Positions 62,960 to 64,000 of a stretch of DNA of 64,000 nucleotides are shown here, piece after piece (the stretch's first letter is position 1; each line of letters opens with the position of its first letter). The position numbers and the translations under genes are program-made. The stretch comes from Nitrospinales bacterium (GTDB taxonomy: Bacteria; Nitrospinota; Nitrospinia; Nitrospinales; VA-1). The stretch spans positions 256,001 through 320,000 of the forward strand of contig CBDCXL010000001.1 of NCBI GenBank assembly GCA_965223795.1, given 5' to 3'. A model generated the notes under the pieces. The model saw nothing but the letters and a program-made list of their open reading frames with translations. It made no database searches and had not been told where the DNA came from.

Positions 62960-63053
62960 GGGGTTCCTCTAGAGAATATAAAAAGAATCAAACCGCAATC
63001 ACTTATTTTATTATAAAATAGATCATTTCGCCTCATTTAGGTAAAAAAACAGC

Positions 63054-64000
63054 ATGCCGGTCGAAAAAATCAAGGAAATCTTCGAAGATGCGGATCTGGC
63101 CCCGGAAGCGGTGCGCCTGGGGATCGACGAACTGGATCATTTCGAAATCGCCCGCCGGCTGCACGAGTTTCCGCTCGAGGAAAAAATACGGATTTTCCAG
63201 CTGCTGGAGGAAGAAAAACAGGCCGAACTGCTGTACGAGACCGACCACGACAGCCGCCTGGAGATCCTGGATTCGCTCGACCCGCAAAACATCGCCCACC
63301 TGATGGAGGAGATGCCCGAGGATGAAGCCACCGACATCCTCATGGAGCACCCTGAGGAAGCCCGCGAGGAAATCCTGGAAAAGATGGCCCCGGCCGATGC
63401 CAGCGTCATCAAGGATCTGATCACTTACGGCGAGGAAACCGCCGGCGGCCTGATGGAACCGAACTACAACCGGGTGCGGCCCCACCAGACGGCGGCGGAC
63501 ATTCTGGTTCAGCTCAAGCGCGACCGCAACCCCGAGGCGGCGCCGTATTTTTATGTGGTCGGCGACCGCAACGAGCTGTTGGGGTATTTCAAGCTGCGCG
63601 ATCTGCTGAACGTGTCGGCGATCGCCACCGCGACCGAGTTCATGCGGGAAGAAACGCCCAAGGTGCATTTGAACGATCCCTGTGAGAAGGTCGCCAACCT
63701 GATGGACCACGAGCACGTCAGCACGATTCCCGTGGTCAATGAAAACGACCAGATCCAGGGCGTGGTGACGTTCGACGACGTCATCAAGGCCATGCAGGAC
63801 ATCGCCAACGACGATTTCTACGCGATGGCGGGCAGCGACCGCGGCGACCCGTTCGCCAAGAAGACGGTGCGCAAGATCTGGGCGCGCGCGCCCTGGCTGT
63901 TCACCACGTTTCTCGGCGGTCTGGTCAGCGCGTTCATCATCGCCTCCTACAAGGACAGCCTGGCTGAATTCGCGACGGTGGTGCTGTTCATTCCGTTTGT
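63054..64000 (+). CDS. mgtE: Magnesium transporter MgtE (3'-truncated by window edge; absent from ORF track)
   Basis: My translation: MPVEKIKEIF..MPEDEATDIL..YGEETAGGLM, CBS pair (IPVVNEND..GVVTFDDV), ARAPWL. Confidence 0.92.
   Translation, partial: MPVEKIKEIFEDADLAPEAVRLGIDELDHFEIARRLHEFPLEEKIRIFQLLEEEKQAELLYETDHDSRLEILDSLDPQNIAHLMEEMPEDEATDILMEHPEEAREEILEKMAPADASVIKDLITYGEETAGGLMEPNYNRVRPHQTAADILVQLKRDRNPEAAPYFYVVGDRNELLGYFKLRDLLNVSAIATATEFMREETPKVHLNDPCEKVANLMDHEHVSTIPVVNENDQIQGVVTFDDVIKAMQDIANDDFYAMAGSDRGDPFAKKTVRKIWARAPWLFTTFLGGLVSAFIIASYKDSLAEFATVVLFIPF

Overview
GC-rich bacterial chromosomal segment. The gene repertoire (tandem DUF3365 haem-c protein, scattered flagellar genes, long HPr fusion, PyrR-led pyr/car operon) tentatively suggests a Nitrospina-like organism; this is an inference, not a search result. 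Most of the window is housekeeping: pyrR-pyrB-pyrC-carA-(orf)-carB, nth, two lytic transglycosylases, FlhB-like/FliK-like/fliL, coaE, murJ, thrH, carboxypeptidase Taq, eda, an HD-GYP protein and a partial mgtE. I saw no rRNA, tRNA, CRISPR array, prophage or intact transposase. Most notable observations: (1) a two-gene iron-uptake operon behind a Fur-box-like site (cytochrome c-FTR1 permease + PepSY-TM/beta-propeller protein) in which both otherwise unrelated proteins end in the same gap-free His/Cys/Glu-rich ~43-aa domain, a candidate metal-binding pairing module; (2) three copies of a ~130-bp MITE-like element with terminal inverted repeats around a REP-type palindrome pair; (3) a ~135-nt rod-like structured RNA candidate upstream of the Slt gene; (4) an AT-rich islet with a candidate sigma-54-driven six-cysteine secreted protein; (5) a di-haem DUF3365 gene directly upstream of a membrane-anchored collagen-like gene. 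All product calls come from motif recognition by eye; start codons were chosen by RBS/signal-peptide context and some are uncertain.
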